DNA from: Piromyces finnis finn
Lineage: Eukaryota > Fungi > Neocallimastigomycota
NCBI GenBank assembly: GCA_002104945.1
Contig: MCFH01000053.1
Coordinates: 1-64,000 of the forward strand
Reading direction: 5' to 3'
DNA length: 64,000 nucleotides
A program made the position numbers and the translations under genes. Position 1 is the first letter of the stretch. Every line of letters begins with the position of its first letter. The notes below the pieces were generated by a model. It did no database searches. It was not told where the DNA came from and was given only the letters and a program-made list of their open reading frames with translations. Of the stretch, positions 30,824 to 44,965 are shown piece by piece.

Positions 30824-31760
30824 ATGTCTGTTAAAATCAAAAGATTATCTTACATTCCTAAATTTAGAAAATATACTTGGTGCAAATCAAGTAGGACTCT
30901 TGATAAAAAATTAAAAAAGTATGGAGATGTTACAGCATTTAAAAACTTTTATTGGAAAGATTTCAAAGGAAATTCAATCAAAGCCCATATTATGACGATA
31001 ATAAATTTATTGAAACTAAAGATTTTATTAAATTATGTTATGAATACCAGAGTTTGCCTATGGTTTCTACTGGCTATTGAAAGCAAGAAATGGATACAAG
31101 TTGGATGCTAGAGTTGCAAAAGCTACTAAATTTGTCCTAACTGTCCATATTGTAAGAGTGGAGATCAAAGCATCATTAGTTATTAGATTGTCCAACATTT
31201 AGAAATATCCGTATTAAACATTAAATTGCATAGTCTAATTATTAAATTTTTTCAGTCAACATTTAATTCCAACAATTCTATCAATAATAATAATAATAAA
31301 CATAATAATAATAATAATAATAAACATAATAATAATAATAATAATAATAATAAACATAATAATAATAATAATAATTTTAATAATAGTAGCAATAATAGTA
31401 GTAATAGCAATAGTGAAGATAATAATTCTAATTTAAATAGTTATTTAGTTAATAATAGTAATAGTTCTAATAATCCGGTGAATATTAATGTATTCAATAA
31501 AATATTTAAATTCTTTCTTGGAGAAGAAGTTTTAGCAATATCAATTACAATTCAAGGGAATGGAAAGAACTTTGCAAGTGTCAGATTCAATCGGGCACTT
31601 ACGAAGGAGCACCATTTTTAACAGTAACAGAGGAATTTCTAACCAAAATTATGCCTTTTGTTATTGGCCAGTAATGGTCAATGCTGAAGAAGTGATAGGA
31701 CAAACCAGGAGGGCCAGTGCAACAGATCATAATTTTGTTCCATGACAAAACTTAGAAGTC
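30824..31760 (+). mobile_element. Decayed, 5'-truncated non-LTR retrotransposon (LINE-like) 3' fragment
   Basis: Across several frameshifts and stops the frames join to PEFAYGFYWLLKARNGYKLDARVAKATKFV..CPYCKSGDQS..H*LLDCPTFRNIR, a CxxC...HxxxxCP knuckle typical of LINE ORF2 C-termini. An Asn-rich insert and a further broken segment follow. No introns, and no RT core visible. Confidence 0.62.
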
Positions 31761-32285
31761 AAATACAATTATTATACTTTAGTATAACATAATAGTGGCT
31801 TCCTTACTTTAATTAAAATTACCAGAATACATAATACCCAATTTTTATTCATTTGTGTTTATTTAAACATATTTTTTTTTAATTTTTAATTTTAATATTA
31901 TATAAGTTTGTTTTTTTTATAATATGTATTATAATTTTAATTAAATTAATAAAGTTTAAAAATATTTGATGCCGTTAAAAAAAAAAAATCCATATTATAT
32001 TATTTTAATAACACTGATATTAGGGTTATGCTATCTTATATCAAATTCAATAATAATTATTTATGAAAATATTTTCAATTTTATTTTTTATAATAGTAAT
32101 TTCTTTTTTTTTCTTTTTTTTTTTTTTTTAAAAATTTAAATTATTTATCTTACAATTTTTAAATATATGATTATAGTAGTTATTCTTTTAGTAATTTTTA
32201 TTTATTTTTATTCTTTTAAGTTTATTTCTATTTATTTTTGAGTTTGTTTAATATTTTATTTTATTATTATTAAAATATTTATTAT

Positions 32286-35200
32286 TTATTCTTCTTCAGA
32301 GTCGACTATTTCTAGTATTTCTATTCCATCCTCAAATTGAGAAACCTCTAATTTTTGACCTATAATTTTTGTGGATTGTTAATATATGTTTAATTTTAGT
32401 ATTATTTATTGCATATTAGATATTAGCATTAAATATTTTTAATATAATTTTTAAATTTACCTTTTTTCATTGCCATCATTTCTGTAAGTTTCATATGTTC
32501 TGGTAATCCATCCATATAAGAAACACTATTACGGTTACTGTGCTCAGCTGCTTAATTATTGGTTTTAAAATAAAAAATATTAATATTTCATAAAAGAAAA
32601 TAATAATAAAAAATTATATAAAGTAAATATAATTTATTTTAGACTTACATTGTATTTTATTTATTTGTTGATTAAATGCTTTAGGAGGTAAAACATCTTG
32701 GGATAAAGATGAATTAGAAGATGATGGATTAGATATATTATTAAAATTTGATAAGTTTTGCATTAAAGGAATTGTTTTAGAGTGTGTCATTGTTTGATGC
32801 TTTCCAGTTAGAGATTGTCCATTAGGAATATTTTGTATATTACTTGCTGATATAGTTTTATTTTGGAATTTTGGAGAATACATTTGTTGTTGCATACGTT
32901 GTTGAGCCATATATAATTTTTGTTGTTCTTCATCTGGTATTAATTGCTGTTGTAACTGCTGTTGATTAGTCCAACAGAAGATAATTTGGAATTCAGAAAG
33001 TAATAACATAAATACACCAGCCGGTATATTTAGCGTTGGACTGAATACAATAGTAACATTATGTAATGTCATTTTATTTATACTGGAGTTTTGAACTATT
33101 CTAACTAGATGAGCAGATAAACATCTTAATAAGGTGTAATTTCCAAGAGGTAATAATGAAATTAAATTTGCTAATTCATAGATTTTTTGGTTTCTACTTT
33201 CAAGTTCTGTTATTATTCAAACATTAAACAATTCATAAAATATGATATATATATACAAATTATGTTATATTTACAACAAATTTTATAACATTAATATTTT
33301 TATTTATAATATTATATGTAAAATGATAGTTAAATACTAACCAGGTATATGAAGGAATTTTGATTGAAGCTCTCTTGTTAAAATAGGCTCTTTAAGTTCT
33401 CGTAAGAAAAGCTTTAATAAACCTGCAACTGCATGGATATCATAATATTCATCTGAGTTTAATAAATCATAATCTCCTTCTGTTTAATTAATTAATATAT
33501 ATTATACATTATTTCCTAATCCAAAATATTTATTTAATAATTTGTAATTTTAATCATTAATATAGATTTACCATTATTAAATTTATCTTTTAATGCTTTA
33601 ATTGTTGATGTGCTTCCTGAAAGACGGTATATACCTTCTTCATTTTGTGCTATAGTTTTTGATTATTATAAAATAAATAAAATATAAATATAAAGTGATA
33701 AGAATATATAACTTTTTTATTATTAAACAACGGAATAATAATTATTTACCATCATTAGCATCTAAATATTCAATACATCTGTAGACAACAGCAGGAAGTT
33801 CATAATTAGCTTTAATTTTTGAAGCTGCGATAGCTTCTGCTAAGGATAAACCAAATACCAATTCTTTATTACCATTTACTTTTATATTTTCTATTATTAT
33901 TATAGGATTTATTTATAAATTATTAATCAAATGAAATAATATATCAATTTTTAATAGTATTCTAAAATAATTATATTATTATTTACCAGATTGTTTATTT
34001 TTATTTCTTCCCCATAATCTCTTTTTCTTTTCTTCTTTAATTTTTTTTGTTTTTTTTTGAATATTTGGCGTTGAATTAGGTGGTGTAGCAGTAATGATTC
34101 CAAATGGTGGTTCAACAACCTGTTGCATAATTCTTTCATTTTCGTCGACAAAATCTCCTGATTTTTGGAAGTCAAATTCAGAAAGCGAAGATGATTGAGA
34201 ATTTGATATTGATTGTTGCTTATTTTTCATACTTATTGGCATTGGCTGAGCTGGAATGTACATTTGGTTTTGATAACCATTTTGAAGTGAGTTATTTGAA
34301 CTGTAAAGTGATGTTGGGACACTTTCTTCCACATCATCCATTGAATCATAAATATTTTCATTATCTGTGTGAATACTCTTAGATTTGTCAACAGTATTTG
34401 AATTTTTTTCACTATCGGCTTGATCATCTTGATTTATCGCTTCTATGGCTTGACTAATGGCTAATACCCATTCATCTCTTTCTTCATCATTTTCAGCACA
34501 TAATATATGTTTTCCGGTAGCTTTTTCATTTGGTCCATCAATACTTTGCTTTCTATATTCCATTATCATTAAACCATGTCTATAATCACTATCTTCATTT
34601 GGTAAAGAAATAACTTGAGAACGTTTTAGTTTAATTACGCCTCCATAATTTCCTCCATGCTTTTTTTTTTTTTTTTTAAAAAAAAAAAGTTAATTGGTCA
34701 AGAATATTTTTGAATTATTTTCTTTAATTAATATATATTAATAAAGTATTAAATAATATATAATATATACGTTATCGTAATAACTTAAGATATTATCAGC
34801 TAATATAAAGTATCTAGTTTTCCAACCACCAAAATTTTTTCCTCTTTTAATTAAGTAACCTTCTTTGATTGATTGAGACTATATTAATATATAAATAAAA
34901 AATTATCAGAAAATGAAAATAATAAATTTTACTATTTTATTAATAATTAATGTTATTACAATTTCATTTTTTTGATTATTTATTTGAGTTTCTAAAACGT
35001 CTGTGGTTAAAAAAACTTCAAGATCTTTGTTATTCTTAAATACGGATATTAAATTTTGAAGATAAAGCTCAAGTTCAATCTTTAATATTTTATTTATTTT
35101 TATTTATAATTATTAGTTTATATTCCTTTTAATTGATAAATGTTATATAATTAATTACCTTTCGCTGATCTCTTTTAGATGGTGAGTTTGAATTAAATAA

Positions 35201-36380
35201 ACTTTTATCTGGTAATTTTCCCATTTTTGCAACCAATATTTTTTCTTGTGATCTCAACTATATTTATAAAATAATTATATGTTAACTAAATATGCTTTCT
35301 TCTTTCTTTTTTTTTTTTTTTTTTTTTTTTTTCGCTTTTCAAAAAATCTTTTGAAAAATGAAATTATATCATAATTATATTTATCATACTATATATTATA
35401 TTATATATATATTGTAAATTAGTATAACTAAATTTATTTACTTTTGAGTCTAATTGAACAAAATCAGCATAAGATTTTTCTATTTTTTCATTTTCTTCAG
35501 TCCCACTATTAGTTAATTTTGATGTTAATATAATAAATGTAATTATTTCTTTTCCCTTTTCATTGATCTTTATTAATGAGCCGATAACTTTTACTCTTAC
35601 TGTATCAATTTGAATTGGAATAGATAAGGTAGATCCACTTTTCATTGGTTTATTTTTATTAATTTTACTTGATGAAAGTCTTTCAGGGTGAGGTGGTGTA
35701 TAACTGCCATTTGAATCAGTTCTCATCGGTCTATCTTCAATTTCATCATTATTATTAACATTCTCAGAACCAAATTCGTAATTCATCATTCCATTAATAT
35801 TTTCATTGAGTGTATTTTCAATGACTGCATTTTCACTATTCGATCTTGCACGGTTTTTCAAATCATAAATAACTTCATGATCCTTTATATTTGGGGCTGA
35901 ACCTTTGCGAATAAATTTTTCATTTAATATAGCATTTTGTAATTGAGGTGTACTATTATTAAATTGTGTGGTTGAGTTTGAGTTAACATTTGCTCTTTGC
36001 TGTGAGCCTCTTTGTGAAGAGGATTGCAAAGGAATTTCAGGTAATGGATGATGAATACCTTTTTTATCTTTATCTTCAACGACAGCTTTTTCTCCATGCT
36101 TCCCTTTTTTTTTTTGAGCTTGCTGTTGTAGTAAAGTAATTTGATTTTGAAGTTTCTGTATCATATTCCTTTGTTTTTCAATAATATTCCATAAAGAGGC
36201 ATTCTGTGTTCTTAATGCATCTCTTTCAGCAATAATATTTTGTATGTTACCATTTATTATTTCATTTTGCATTTGCTGATTTACAACATGATTATCTTGA
36301 ACAAGCTGCTGTACATTATTTGTAGATAAATTAATTAAATTATTGATGTTCTTTATTTGCTTTGAATTTGCTTCAGTCAT
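32286..36380 (-). CDS. BEM3: Bem3-like RhoGAP (coiled coil - PX - PH - RhoGAP)
   Basis: ERDALRTQNASLWNIIEKQR coiled coil; PX (VRVKVIGS...IEKSYADFVQLD); PH (KEGYLIKRGKNFGGWKTRYF...EERDEWVLAI); RhoGAP (PAVVYRCIEYLD, EEGIYRLSGS, FLRELKEP, NKMTLHNVTIVFSPTL). Multi-exon; stop at 32286-32288. Confidence 0.87.
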
Positions 36381-38329
36381 TTTTTATTCTTTATCTCTTT
36401 ATATTTTGTAAAAATGAATTTTCTATTAATATATAATATAAACAAAAAATCGTTACATTATAATATTTAAAGAGAATTTAAATAATTTTACCTATTTTTT
36501 ATTTTTTTATGTTATTGCTTTATTATTTTTATATATACAATTTATTTGTTATATAATAAATACTAGAATTAATAGTGTTTATTTAACTTTTAAAATATAA
36601 TAATTAATATAAATTAAAAAAATTTATATGTTTATTGTTTTTTATTTAGAAATTATTTGGTATAATTGTAATAAAAAGATAGATAAATAAATTAATAAAT
36701 ATGCATTTCATTTTTAATTTTATTAAAATTTTCTAAATTTCTATTTTTAAATTTACCTTTGATTGCTATTTCTTTAATATTCATTAAATTATATTCTTAA
36801 ATTTTATTTTATTATATTATTTGCCCAATGAAGTTTTTTATTTTTTATTTTTTTTCCTTTTTATTATTTATTTATTATTTTATTTATTTGTTGAAAACTA
36901 AATAATAAAGTATCTTATATATATTATTAATTGAATATTATTTATACTTATTTCACAAATAGATAGTAATGTATTTAAATTATATTATGTATTTTTTATT
37001 ACATAAAATTATTAAATATATACTATTGTTTTAATTATTACTTTAATTGTATGATAAATATATATTTTACAGTATTTTTATGTTTTATTATTATTTTTAT
37101 TTTTCATATTATTTATATTAAAGGAATAAAAAAACAAAAAACAAAAAACAAAAACAATTTAAATTATACAAACATTTTAATTATAATTTTTCTATTTATT
37201 ATAAAATGTTTTTAATTAACTTTAAATTGATAATTTGAATTTTAATATATATTATATCTTCTCTTATTTAAAAAATATATTTTAAAATCAAATTATAATA
37301 GTAATAATATAAATAAAAGAAAAATAAAGCAATTTTTATTTACTAAAAATTTGGGATGTAAACGAATAACAAAAATAAAAAAATAAGAAATAAGAAAATA
37401 AAAAGAAAATATTAAAACAAATGTTATTAAAAACAATTATTATTATTATTATTATATTATTATATTATTATATTGTTATTATAATTATAATTATTATTAT
37501 TTTTTTTTGGATGTTTTATAAATGATAAAAATATTAAAATTACTAGTTTTAATATTTAATAAGCTTTTCCCATTTATTATTATATATATTTATTTTTCTT
37601 GTAATAATAAAAATGATTCAAATTTTTAATCATTAAATTATTTAGAATATCAATACTTATATATTATAATATAAAAGTAAATATATTTAATATAAAATTT
37701 TAAAATTGTATGGATTATTTTTTTATTTACATTTAAAATAAACTAAATATTATATAAGTAATACATTCTTTACATATATATTTTTAAGGAGATTTTATTA
37801 AATAAAACTATTAAACTTAAAATAATATAAAAATTAAATGTAATTTTTTTATAATATAAATAAGATTTTATAAATCAGCAATATGATAATATAATAGTGG
37901 TATTTAAACTCGATCCAAATAAATAAAATATTACATTGATATATTCGAATAAAATAGGTTAATGAATATAATAAATTATAAAATTTATAGCAATTTAATG
38001 TGTAACAATAACTTTTAAATTCTTATTATTAAATACATAGTATAAAATGAATTTTAAAGCTTCCAAATTTATTATTATTTAATCAAAAAATTTTTTATTA
38101 TTATATTAATACAAAATTTATAATACGAAATTTATACGTCATTAAACTTTTATTCATTATTTTTTGTTATACAATTTATTCCTCCAATTTCGCCATTTCA
38201 TAAGAAAAATATTCCTACTATACATATTCCACACTTAAACATTTTTCAAAAAATTATATCTTGAAACAAAAAAATTTTTGGGATTTAAATTTTAATTTGT
38301 TTTTATATCAAAATAATATTCCTATTATG

Positions 38330-38357
38330 ATTGGCTAATATTAGCCACTTATCCAAT
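38330..38357. promoter_or_regulatory. Candidate RPL11 promoter element: 16-bp palindrome with two opposed CCAAT boxes
   Basis: TGGCTAATATTAGCCA (38332-38347) is a perfect palindrome. ATTGG lies at 38330-38334 and CCAAT at 38353-38357, about 90-110 bp upstream of the ATG. Function is inferred. Confidence 0.35.
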
Positions 38358-38442
38358 AACATAGGAAAAATGAAAAATAACAAAATTTTAAAATGGTTTA
38401 GAATTCTTTCTCTTAAATTTTGTGTATATTATTGACGGTAAA

Positions 38443-39354
38443 ATGGTAAATGTTAATGATGGATGGATGAGTAATTAAATGAATTTTTTTTATTTTTTAT
38501 TTTTTTATGCATTTAAATATTGAATATAATAAATAAAAAGAAAGTGTTGATGTTTTGTATGAAGTGTTTTAAGATTTGATGTTTAGTTGATATATTATAA
38601 ATTGAGTTTATGTACATTAAATAATATAGTTTGTGTTAAGTCAAATGTAAATAAAATGAATTATATATAATAATATAAATAATTCCAAAATGAATGAATA
38701 ATTAATGAATTATAATATTATATATAAAGGCAGCCGAAACTAAGACTAACCCAATGAGGGAACTCAAGTTAGAAAAGCTTTGCCTCAACATCTCTGTTGG
38801 TGAATCTGGTGATAGACTTACTCGTGCTTCTAAGGTTTTAGAACAATTAACTGGTCAAGTTCCAGTCATGTCCAAGGCTCGTTACACTGTCCGTACTTTC
38901 GGTATCAGACGTAATGAAAAAATTGCCGTCCACTGCACTGTTCGTGGTCCAAAGGCTGAAGAAATTCTTGACAGAGGTTTAAAGGTTAAGGAATACGAAT
39001 TAAAGAGATCCAACTTCTCTGCCACTGGTAACTTCGGTTTCGGTATTCAAGAACACATTGATTTAGGTATTAAGTATGATCCAAGTATTGGTATTTACGG
39101 TATGGACTTCTACGTTGTTATGGGTAGACCAGGTTTCAGAGTTGCCAGAAGAAAGCAACAATCCGCTAAGGTTGGTTTCCCACACCGTAACACTAAGGAA
39201 GAAACCATTAACTGGTTCAAGAAGAGAGTAAGTTAAAATATTTAAATTTAAATATTTTTGAAAATATTATAAATTACTAATAATACAAAAATCCGTGTAT
39301 ATTTTTTTATATTATTATTTATAATAGTTCGATGGTATTGTTTTAAACAAGTAA
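38443..39354 (+). CDS. RPL11: 60S ribosomal protein L11 (uL5)
   Basis: Exons 38443-38445 (ATG), 38730-39227 and 39328-39354 give [34 protein letters not shown]...[13 protein letters not shown]. Strong C-ending codon bias. Confidence 0.99.
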
Positions 39355-40902
39355 ATTTGAAAATCTTAATAATATATACATAAACCAATTGTGTAATTTT
39401 TCAATAAAAATACCAATAAAATAAAAAAATATTAAAAAAAAAGAATATATATATATATAAATCTGTTAATGTTTTAATTTTAATTGATTATAGAAAGTAT
39501 TTTCGAAGTAAGATATGTAAATATAAGTATAATATCTTAATAATAAGAACAGGAATATAGATATAATTTTAAATATTTTTTTATTAATATATGAAAATAT
39601 CAAATATCAAATAAAATGTAATTATAGAAAAATCTCAATATACGATGAGTTAAGCTCGTTAAATAATGTATTTATGAAGAGTTAAAGAGTAATTAAATTT
39701 CAAACCATTTAAAATTAAATACAGACATATATTTGATAAAATTATTTTAATAATTTTGGTATGTTATTTTAAAGCGGAAGGAAAGCAAGAATGTAAGCAA
39801 TTAATATTAATTAAAAAGAGTGTGATATAAGGTTAATTATAATATTAAAAGTAATTTAAACAGAAAGTAAAATTTATATATTATGCTTGTTCATTGAATT
39901 TTAAAAATAATAATTAATAGTTAAAGTTTAGTTAATATAAAAAGTTAAAGGGAGATAAAATATTTTTTATGTTTTTATGAGTATGGTAAACTTAAAATTT
40001 AAATATATATAATCTTAAAAATCTTATTTTATTAAAAAGAAAAATTAATTGGGAATAATGTCTCAGAAAAAGCAAAAAAAAATTATAATATTTTGTGTTT
40101 ATTATAAAATTTAATTATATAAATATTTGTTAACATTTTTTATAGTAAAACTGATATATATATATCTAAGGCAATTTTATGAATGATCAGTATTATTTCT
40201 ATTTTCTATTTATAATAATTTATTATTAATCTTTATTTTTTTTTATTTTTTGTTATTTTTTTTTTATATGTATCATGCATCAAAAGACTAAACTTTAAGT
40301 TATAATAAATAATAAAAATAATTATTTTTATTTTGTGTTAAATTTATTTTTTATATTATTTTATTTATTATTTTTTTTTTTTTTTTTAATTTTATTTTTG
40401 AATAAAAATATATTAGCATATGATAAAGATTTAAAAAAAATATATGCTGATATTATTAAAAAAAAGAGAAAAGAAATATTTTAATATCTACCACTGACTA
40501 TATTTCTTGGTTGATATAATACTAGAATATATTTATTTTTTTGTACATTATTGTAAATAGGTATTTCTTTTTAAAATTGGATGTTAATAGTTGCTTCAAC
40601 ATTTAATATTAATTAAGCAAATTTGTAATATTTCAAAAGTTATAATAAGTGAAAGGATAAAAGAAAAAATACTATATATATTTTTCATTTCTTGTTTAAT
40701 ATTTTCTTTTAAAAAAACAAAACAATAAATAAACAAACAAACAAAATAAAAAAAAAAAAAAATAAAATAAAATAAAATATTGGATGATATAAAAATTTGG
40801 TATAAAACCTCGTATTTAGTGGAAAGATTCTTAAGTGTGTATTTCGTAATTATAATTACCAAATTTATTGATTATAGATTTAAAACTTGAAGAAATTTCA
40901 AA

Positions 40903-42715
40903 ATGGAAGTAATAAATGAAAATGAGATAAATAATGAGAAATTAATTTCATATAAAAAAGAGAAAAAAGAAAGAAGAAAAGAAAAAACTTTAGCAGAAAT
41001 AGAAAATGATGTAAAAAAGAAGTGGGAGGAAATTAAAAATTGTTCTAGAGAAGATGTGGATATTGCAGAAAAATATTATAATGAAAATAGTGTTATTCTC
41101 TATGTTCCAACATCAATCAAATGTGAAGGAATTGACGATATTATTAGAGTTCATTCATATAAAAATCATTGTGGAATCTCTACTAAAGACTTATCTAGTG
41201 AAGTTATAATTAACACATCTGGTAATTTTAAAAATTCGTTTTTTATTTTATATTATAATATATTTTTATTTATATATAACAAAATACTATATATAAATTG
41301 GACTTCTAATATGTTGCATTTACTTATATATATTAATACAATTTTTCTAAATATATATTATTTATATATACATTTTATATTTTGTATGTAATTTGTGATT
41401 TATAATTAATAGTATGTGGTAACACAATTACTGAAGAAAAAATCTTAACTATATTGCATTCTAGACCAATTCAATGGCTTCTTCCTGGAGGTAAAATAAA
41501 ATTTATTAATAAATTAAAAATTTTATAGATAATATTTATTAATTACAAGCATAATTTTGTTAACTTAAATTTATATTTTATTTATATTAAAAATTAAAAT
41601 TTTTTAAATAACAAAAGTTCAAGCTACCGGAAGAAGAATTGTATTACCAATTGTAACTATTGTTTCATTTGATGATGATTTGTATATAAAAAATAAAAGA
41701 CTTTACTGGGATCAAGCTTGTGTATTAAAACAAATTGGCTTAATATCAACTATTTCAAGATGCCCATATAATGGTGAGGATACAGAAGTTCCTGCTAAAG
41801 GTGTTCAGCAAATAGATCCCTTAATATCAAGAGAACAATTAGAAGATATAAATAGTTTAGATATTCTTAACCGTTGTAATTTAAGAAGAAACTCAGTTGA
41901 AAGATTTAAAGATTTAAGAAGCGTAAATATATATTAATAATGTTATTGATTGAAATATATAACTATATTATATATATCATATCATAGAATATTAATAGTA
42001 ATAACATATAATTTTTAAAAATAGGAATATGTAAATAAGAATACAAATGATAGTGTAAAGAAACTTTTTGAAGAAAAAGGATTTGGAGTCGAAGAAGTAG
42101 TTGAATATGATGGTAGAAGAAGATCATATAATAATATTGATTTCAAAAATAAATCAGATACATTAAGTGGATTTGTTTCAGGTGGTATTAAGGAAGAGTA
42201 TACTCGGAATGAAAAAATTACAAATAAAAATTATAAGAAAGATAAAAATGAATCAAAAAATATTAATGAAATATTAACTGAAAGTAATACTGATATTTCA
42301 TTAAGCAAATATTCTAATTCTATTAGTTCTGGTTCAAAAAGAATGTTTAAAGAATATTTATTCAATAGCAATAATGTATTTTCACCTTCAGGAGATTCAG
42401 AAAATACAGGTATTTATTTTTTTATAGTAATAATTTATATGTGGGAATAAATATAAATATCAAAGTTAAATTAATATAAAATGTAGTGGGTGAATATTTT
42501 TTTTTAAAAATAATTTATGAGACAAAACTTTAAATTTTTAAAATTTAGTATATACAGAATTTTAATCTATAGAATTAATATGATAATAATTTGAATTTAG
42601 AATAAATTTATTAGTTCTTTATAAATGAATAAAATAAATTTATTTGATAATTTAGTATACATGCATATAATTAATTAATTAAATCAATATTAATAATAAT
42701 GATATTAATAATCCT

Positions 42716-42751
<36 letters not shown>

Positions 42752-44215
42752 TAGTAATTTCAAGATAAAAAAAATATTTAAATTATATATATTTTTTCCT
42801 ATTTTTTTTATACAAAATATAACAATATTTTTTACATAATAATTTAATATTAATAGTTTATAGTGGAAAACGTATTTTCACAGATAAAAACAAGGATAGC
42901 GTAAAAATCTCAATGTATGTATAAATATATTATAATTTATAAGGATAAATAAAAATATATCTGTAGAAAAAACAGTTAATTTATATTTTAATATAATTTA
43001 TTATTAATATATAGGGATAAATCTGATACAGAAAGTGAATGTACTGATAATTATTCAACCATGTATGATATTGATAGTAGTGATGGAAAGTGGGATTCAA
43101 AAAGTCAGTCTCGACAATCATTAAGCACTATTAGTAGAGATGAAACAATAACAGATATATCTAATGAAGAATGTCAGTCGGATTTAATATGTGAACAAAT
43201 GAAAAATATGTGTTTAAAAAATAATTATGTTGATAATATAAATGAAAAAAAACATGAAAGAAAGAGAAAACATCATGTTCCAGTAGTTCCACCTCATTTT
43301 ATTTCTAATATCACTTTTGATAATTATGGTAGCCAAGATATATATGAAAAGTCAAAATATAGAAGAAAAAGAAAAATGGTACCTCAAATGAGATCCACTT
43401 TTAAAATTGCATATGATAAAGAAGAACTAGAAAGTGATTATAAAAAGTCTCAAAAACCAGTTTCACCAACATATATATCACATGTTTTTGACAATGATGC
43501 AACAGTTATAAAACAGAGACCAGTACATAAGAATAGTGTGTTTTATGATAGTATTTGCTTTGATAATTATACTGCAAAAAAAAGTGAATATAAACCACCT
43601 TTAATTATCAGAGATAAGTATATATCAAATATATTTTCTGAAAGTCCAGTATATGAAGTTTTTAAATGTCATAATAAAAGAAGTCCTAATATTAAAAATA
43701 GAATAGACTACTCAAATATTAATTATAATGGTATCGTAAAAGAAGAAGAAGAAATAAAAACTGTTCGTAAATTATATAAAGGAATGGAAGATAATATGAA
43801 TAAAATATTTGCTGAACCATCTATTGATAGTCTTGTTCATCCCGTTGTTAGTATTATACCAAAAAATAATATAAATTATACTACATTTAATTTTGATGAT
43901 CCTCCAGAAGAAACATCACCTTGTTCTCCAGTTCTAAAAGATAAGTTTATTTCTCATTTATTTAGAGAAGAATCTAAAGATTCTGTACCTGTAAACGTAA
44001 GAAATGTTAATGATTTATCAACTAGAGCTGGTATCTACTCAGTATTATATGGAGGTGAAGACAAACAAAGTGATCCAACTTTAGGAATAAAAACTAAATA
44101 TAATAAAATAGATCATTTAAACGAAATATTTGATGGAAGAAATGAGAAACTTAGCTTTAATGATATAAAAACTATAAATAGTATCCATAATAGTATGCAC
44201 CAATCTCAACAATAA
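40903..44215 (+). CDS. NTF2/SnoaL-like fold protein with long low-complexity, repeat-containing C-terminus (6 exons)
   Basis: Phase-consistent splicing links ORFs 40903, 41680 and 43061. The N-terminal domain has EEKILTILHSRPIQWLLPGVQATGRRIVLPIVTIVSFDD...KRLYWDQACVLKQIG, the W(L/M)LPG...YWDQAxVLxQIG signature of SnoaL-like/NTF2 proteins. Confidence 0.7.
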
Positions 44216-44654
44216 GTACGAAGTGTTAAATTAAAAAGAAGTTATTATTATAATTTCAATTTCATTATTATTTAAAATTGAATGTATAATGTATTATATA
44301 AAAATAATTTTTGTTAATTTCATATCAATTCTTTTAATTTAAAAAGTATCGATTATTAGATTTTTTATCATATTATTAATATAATAATAGAATAAATAAT
44401 AGAGTAAATTTTTATTAATTTATATTATTATTCTTTTTTCTTTTTTTTTTTTGTTTTAAAGATAATTTTAATCAATATTTTTAATATAAAATTTTAATAT
44501 AAAAATAATTAATTTCAAATTTCAATAAATATATTAATTTAAAATATATTAAGAATTGTTATAAAAAAATACTTTTTATTATTTATAAAACTTCAACAAT
44601 TTTTTAAATATTAAAATAAAATAAACATAAATATAAATATAAATAACTAAAATA

Positions 44655-44931
44655 ATGGAAAACTGTATTTTCAGTAAAATTGTTAGAGGAGAAACTAATA
44701 CTAGAATTATATATGAGGTATTTTTTTTATTTAATAATAATAATAATAGTTTAATTCCATTTTTTTAAACTACTCCATTCAATAATTATTTAATTTAATA
44801 AGGACAATTTAATTTTAGCTTTTCATGATATTAATCCAGCTGCAAAAATTCATATTTTAATTATTCCAAGAAGACCAATTAAAAACATGAATTCCTTAAA
44901 AAATACTGAAGAAGATATAATATTAGGTATG

Positions 44932-44965
<34 letters not shown>

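Noticed and set aside
40596-40862. 88-aa hydrophobic minus-strand ORF
   Set aside because: Built largely from poly-T/A runs just upstream of a plus-strand gene; no homology signal.
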